From an uncultured virus (IMG/VR IMGVR_UViG_3300042691_017862) (taxonomy: Duplodnaviria; Heunggongvirae; Uroviricota; Caudoviricetes): a DNA stretch of 20,000 bases. Made by a program: the position numbers and the translations under genes. Below are positions 16,461 to 20,000 of the stretch, piece after piece. Numbering within the stretch: the first letter of the stretch is position 1; every line of letters begins with the position of its first letter. The notes under the pieces were generated by a model. The model ran no database searches, was not told the DNA's origin, and was given only the letters and a program-made list of their open reading frames with translations. Location of the stretch: IMG/VR virus record IMGVR_UViG_3300042691_017862; one strand, written 5' to 3'.

Positions 16461-16898
16461 CTATTTACCTAATAGTTTCTTGTCTTGTTTAATCATCTCT
16501 AGAAGTTTCATTCGTCTATCATTTGGAATAATAGGTTCTACTACGTCGTCCACTTTAGAGCCGATTGTAGTTACTTTACCAAGGGCAGATGCAGGTGGTT
16601 CTTTCACAGTGACTTTACCAAGTGCTTGTGGTATATCATCCATTTGTCGTACTTTAGTATTTGCAACTGCTTGTCTATACTTATCCAAAAAACTAGGAGT
16701 ACCTTCTACAGTTTCTTGCCCCAATGCCTTAGATAGTCCTTGAAATTTCTTAACAGGATTAACACTACCAACAACACCAGATGCCAATCCAACCGCTTCT
16801 TCTTGTCTTTTACGACTTTCATCGATTTCTTCTTGTGTTGGTTCTCTACCTAGACGATGAGCAATTAGTTTTGCGAATATATCGTTATCAATTTCCAT
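16461..16898 (-). CDS. Hypothetical protein, 145 aa
   Basis: AGGAG SD; internal ALGKVT repeat twice plus ALGQET. Confidence 0.75.
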   Translation of the reverse strand: MEIDNDIFAKLIAHRLGREPTQEEIDESRKRQEEAVGLASGVVGSVNPVKKFQGLSKALGQETVEGTPSFLDKYRQAVANTKVRQMDDIPQALGKVTVKEPPASALGKVTTIGSKVDDVVEPIIPNDRRMKLLEMIKQDKKLLGK

Positions 16899-16906
16899 AA
16901 TATCTC

Positions 16907-17062
16907 CTATAAAAACTTATAAATATAAAAACCAAGACCAATGTTAATAAGCAAACTGATTCCTAACATTAATCGAAGCCTTTTTGTGGCAATTTTAATT
17001 CCACCTCGCACTAATTTCTTGGTATCAGTGCCTCTTTTGTCAACTTTAATCATTATTGCCAT
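16907..17062 (-). CDS. Small single-pass membrane protein, 51 aa (not in ORF track; alternative start 17053)
   Basis: Hand translation MAIMIKVDKRGTDTKKLVRGGIKIATKRLRLMLGISLLINIGLGFYIYKFL; fills the gap and its TAG overlaps the next SD. Confidence 0.65.
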   Translation of the reverse strand: MAIMIKVDKRGTDTKKLVRGGIKIATKRLRLMLGISLLINIGLGFYIYKFL

Positions 17063-17549
17063 AATTTTTTACCAAAAACTCGTAAACTTGATCTGGACCA
17101 ACTAAATTTGGATCACAGTCAATCCATTTTCCATGTATTTCTTCTAAAATATAGTAAGCCCACTCAGAGCAGTTAATACCATCGTTAATAGGATTCTTTT
17201 TTACTGTAATGCCGAGCTTATCAAGTGCTCTTACTAGTACCAAACCAACATTTTGAAAAAATCCATAGTCCATTGAAGCGTGATCATGACAATCGTTCTT
17301 CAATTCTTTAAATAATTCTTCTGATATATTTATTTTAAACTCGAATATTGTAGTATTCTTTTTATGAAAATTAGTATCAGAGATATACGTAAGACCTTTA
17401 CCAACAGCGTGGTAGATTGTTGCGTCGTTTAGGTCATTCTCTTTGTATTTAAAGTAAACATGAGAAAATGGTGTATCTAGTATCTTACGTATTATAAAAG
17501 ATCCGGGAGCAAATCCATTATGATAAGAAAATCCAATACAAATTTCCAT
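17046..17549 (-). CDS. Permuted papain-like NlpC/P60 (YiiX/YaeF-type) peptidase/amidase, 167 aa
   Basis: His-before-Cys order: PFSHV ... YHAVGKG ... DY ... NCSEW ... VGPDQV. Confidence 0.75.
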   Translation of the reverse strand: MEICIGFSYHNGFAPGSFIIRKILDTPFSHVYFKYKENDLNDATIYHAVGKGLTYISDTNFHKKNTTIFEFKINISEELFKELKNDCHDHASMDYGFFQNVGLVLVRALDKLGITVKKNPINDGINCSEWAYYILEEIHGKWIDCDPNLVGPDQVYEFLVKNYGNND

Positions 17550-18019
17550 TAATCATATCCTTTTGTTGTTAAAAAGTCTGTAATACTTGAAATGACATAA
17601 TCATATATATCAGCATGCGAAGCATATTTCATTTTTAACATTCCACAGATACTTCTAGCTGTGGATAGAGCACCAGTTTCGATTAATAACTTTACACTAG
17701 CATTATCAGATGCAATGGCCGTAATATTAACCGAGGTTCCTCTTTGAATGAGTGTTAGATTTCTCTCACCCATCTTATCAATCAGACTTGGTACTAATTC
17801 AATACCAAATTCTCTTTGAGAAGTCTGGCGTTCAAGATTTTTTAGTCTTTGAACTTCATTATTATACAAAGAAATATCAGTATTACTAATCAAGTTGTTA
17901 AAATCCACTTCAGAAATCTCAATAAATCCATCAATATACGAATGGCTAACTTGCCAAGGGTAATTACTTGGCATTAGCTCATGCTTATTGGGATTAGAGG
18001 ATTGAGGTAGATACCACAT
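17549..18019 (-). CDS. Hypothetical protein, possibly tail-fibre assembly factor, 156 aa
   Basis: TAATG-coupled on both sides, directly downstream of a fibre gene; function from position only. Confidence 0.6.
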   Translation of the reverse strand: MWYLPQSSNPNKHELMPSNYPWQVSHSYIDGFIEISEVDFNNLISNTDISLYNNEVQRLKNLERQTSQREFGIELVPSLIDKMGERNLTLIQRGTSVNITAIASDNASVKLLIETGALSTARSICGMLKMKYASHADIYDYVISSITDFLTTKGYD

Positions 18020-20000
18020 TAGATAGTTTTAACCTCTGTGAATGCGTTAACTAGAACCTCAGTAGTCGTTGCAGTTACCTCTGATCTAAACTGCGGAATC
18101 AACGTCCCACTTGTTGTACATACGAAAATACCCTCAATCTCGCAAATGTATGGAGTGTTGATCGCTGGAGTAGCTGAGAAAGTAATTGCAGTATTCAACG
18201 CAGTTAGTGCGAAACAAGAAAATGCCGATGCCGATGTATTTGCCGATACGTTAGCAGCTAGTGTCCCAGCTCCTCCACCAGTAGTAGTAAGTGCAACAAC
18301 AATACCGTTAGTCGTAGCTGCTGAAGTGTAAAGAACATGGCACTTAAACTTATAAGCTGTGCCCGCAACGACAGGAAAGCCCATCTCAGTAATATTAGTA
18401 AATACAGTGTTACTTGTTGTCGTTAATAGACTTGTATTTTTATATCTAATTTCATTTACAATACCGTCTAATTTAGTCTTGTCAGCGGAAGACATAAACC
18501 CAGCTACCGATGTAGTCGCTACATCGTGAGTCGTTCCACCAGCTTGAGAACCGTGCGCATGAACGTGGTCTTGTCTAGCAAGAGCGTTAGCCGTACCCTC
18601 TGAGTTAGTCGCACCAATATCAGACGGAGTTCCAGTAGTGAGTGGATCGGCACCATTTGGTAAGTGTCTTGAGGCGTGAGTCTCGACTGTTACACCATTC
18701 ACTGTTCCGACTGAGGTAATGTTATTACCGCCGAAAGATTGTGAACCCGTAAACGCTCTCGTTCCATTCGCTAGAATGTATTGAGTATGATCATCGTCAG
18801 CAAGCCCAGTCAAAGCACCGTGATCACTAACTCCTCCACCTCCACCACTTACAGAAGCCGCAGAGAAACCAGAGCGAGGACGCTCATCTAAGATAGAGTA
18901 AAATGCAGCTTGAGCAGGGCCTGTAACAATTGAAGCCACGTTAGCAAAGCTTGAATATGCCCCCATGAAATCAGGTTTAGTAGGTACTCCACCGTCAATC
19001 GCCTCTTGTTGTGTATCGAATACCTCTTGACCATAGACAAGAATATATTTCTCCGATGGCCCACCCATAACAATCAATAAGTGCTTAACAAATTTACCCG
19101 ATGGGATTGTAGCAAGCGTACCACTACCATCATCGTACAAAGTATTTGATACTGTAGTTTGAGCGGCTGTTCTCACCCATTGTCCGGGAGTTGCGTGTTG
19201 GTAGTAAGTATCAAATGAAACCGCAGTACCGCCAGACGGAGCGAATCTTAATTCAGCAAAATGATAGTGTCCCATTGTGACATCAACATTTCTAGTACCC
19301 GATTCAGTAACGGCGCAACCCTCTACAAACAATGGGCCGAATGCGTGTCTCATTGTCTTAGATAGGAAGTTACCAATATGATGCGCAAATAAAGGAGTCT
19401 TCTCGATGTAAATAATATTTGATGCATCAGTAGTCACTTTACCAAATAGAATATTTTCCTCGCTATCAGGTTCAGTCACGTTAGAAGTAAAGTTACCAGC
19501 ATCGTTAATGTAAACGTAAGCCGTAGTCGATGCAGATAGTGTAAGAGTAGATGCGCTCCATTCTCTCTTAATCACGATGTCATTAGGTGGAGTACCGTTC
19601 ATTTGATACCCATAACCAGAAGCAATATTCAATGTAAGCCCAGAACCAGCCGATAATACACCGCCGTCAATCACGCCCATCGGTGGAGTGTTCACCCATA
19701 ACTGACTGATCTCTGTGATTTGAGAGTATGGCCCTTGTGAATATTGCAAATGACCATTCATTACGATTTGATCGTTTGTAGGATCAATGAATAGAGCGGA
19801 AACATTTCCTGAATCAATCGTGTTTTTAGTCGCATCACTACCACCGAATACGGAACCTGTAGTAGTAGGGTGTAATAATTTATAATCTTCAGTACAGTTA
19901 TAAATTGAGGTCGCAAGAGTTCTAATCGTTGAGGCACTACCTGTATTTTCATTATATACAGCGATACCCATGTTTCTAATAAATACGTCAGTAACTAGAA
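18019..20000 (-). CDS. Large tail-fibre protein, probably 5'-truncated by the window (650 aa or more)
   Basis: Fibre motifs DHGALTGLADDDHTQY, HASRH..GADPL, ARQDHVH, AGFMSSADKTKLDG. Frame stays open from ATG 19971 to the edge and no SD precedes that ATG. Confidence 0.8.
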   Translation of the reverse strand, partial: LVTDVFIRNMGIAVYNENTGSASTIRTLATSIYNCTEDYKLLHPTTTGSVFGGSDATKNTIDSGNVSALFIDPTNDQIVMNGHLQYSQGPYSQITEISQLWVNTPPMGVIDGGVLSAGSGLTLNIASGYGYQMNGTPPNDIVIKREWSASTLTLSASTTAYVYINDAGNFTSNVTEPDSEENILFGKVTTDASNIIYIEKTPLFAHHIGNFLSKTMRHAFGPLFVEGCAVTESGTRNVDVTMGHYHFAELRFAPSGGTAVSFDTYYQHATPGQWVRTAAQTTVSNTLYDDGSGTLATIPSGKFVKHLLIVMGGPSEKYILVYGQEVFDTQQEAIDGGVPTKPDFMGAYSSFANVASIVTGPAQAAFYSILDERPRSGFSAASVSGGGGGVSDHGALTGLADDDHTQYILANGTRAFTGSQSFGGNNITSVGTVNGVTVETHASRHLPNGADPLTTGTPSDIGATNSEGTANALARQDHVHAHGSQAGGTTHDVATTSVAGFMSSADKTKLDGIVNEIRYKNTSLLTTTSNTVFTNITEMGFPVVAGTAYKFKCHVLYTSAATTNGIVVALTTTGGGAGTLAANVSANTSASAFSCFALTALNTAITFSATPAINTPYICEIEGIFVCTTSGTLIPQFRSEVTATTTEVLVNAFTEVKTI

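Noticed and set aside
258..18331. Plus-strand ORFs and short alternative-frame minus ORFs in the track
   Set aside because: They overlap longer, motif-bearing minus-strand genes and look like shadow frames.
29..20000. Stop-codon reassignment (none of the called genes ends in TGA)
   Set aside because: Genes are intact and tightly packed under the standard code, and TAA bias is normal for AT-rich late genes.
1..20000. Host or phage family assignment
   Set aside because: No terminase, portal, polymerase or host gene in the window; it needs a database comparison.

Overview
AT-rich segment of a tailed dsDNA phage (Caudoviricetes) virion-morphogenesis region. All credible genes are on the minus strand. 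In transcription order (right to left): a 5'-truncated tail-fibre gene, a hypothetical protein, a permuted NlpC/P60 peptidase, two small ORFs missed by the ORF track (51 and 58 aa), two hypothetical proteins (145 and 359 aa), scaffold, probable decoration protein, major capsid protein with terminator, HNH endonuclease, a 187-aa hypothetical, a holin-like protein, and a run of fibre/appendage genes. Main observations: (1) a perfect 23-bp direct repeat, equal to the 5' end of an 89-aa gene, brackets a 2.5-kb cassette carrying a 12-Cys fibre, a CPAC thioredoxin-fold protein and a small Cys-rich protein; (2) the 9-mer TAACAACTA occurs eight times, co-oriented at gene boundaries, as a candidate late promoter; (3) the scaffold and capsid leaders share a hairpin with a fixed UAC/AU internal loop and covarying stems; (4) three or four otherwise unrelated proteins near the head genes share short N-terminal motifs, suggesting capsid-packaged effectors. 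All product calls rest on motif recognition and gene context; no database search was run.
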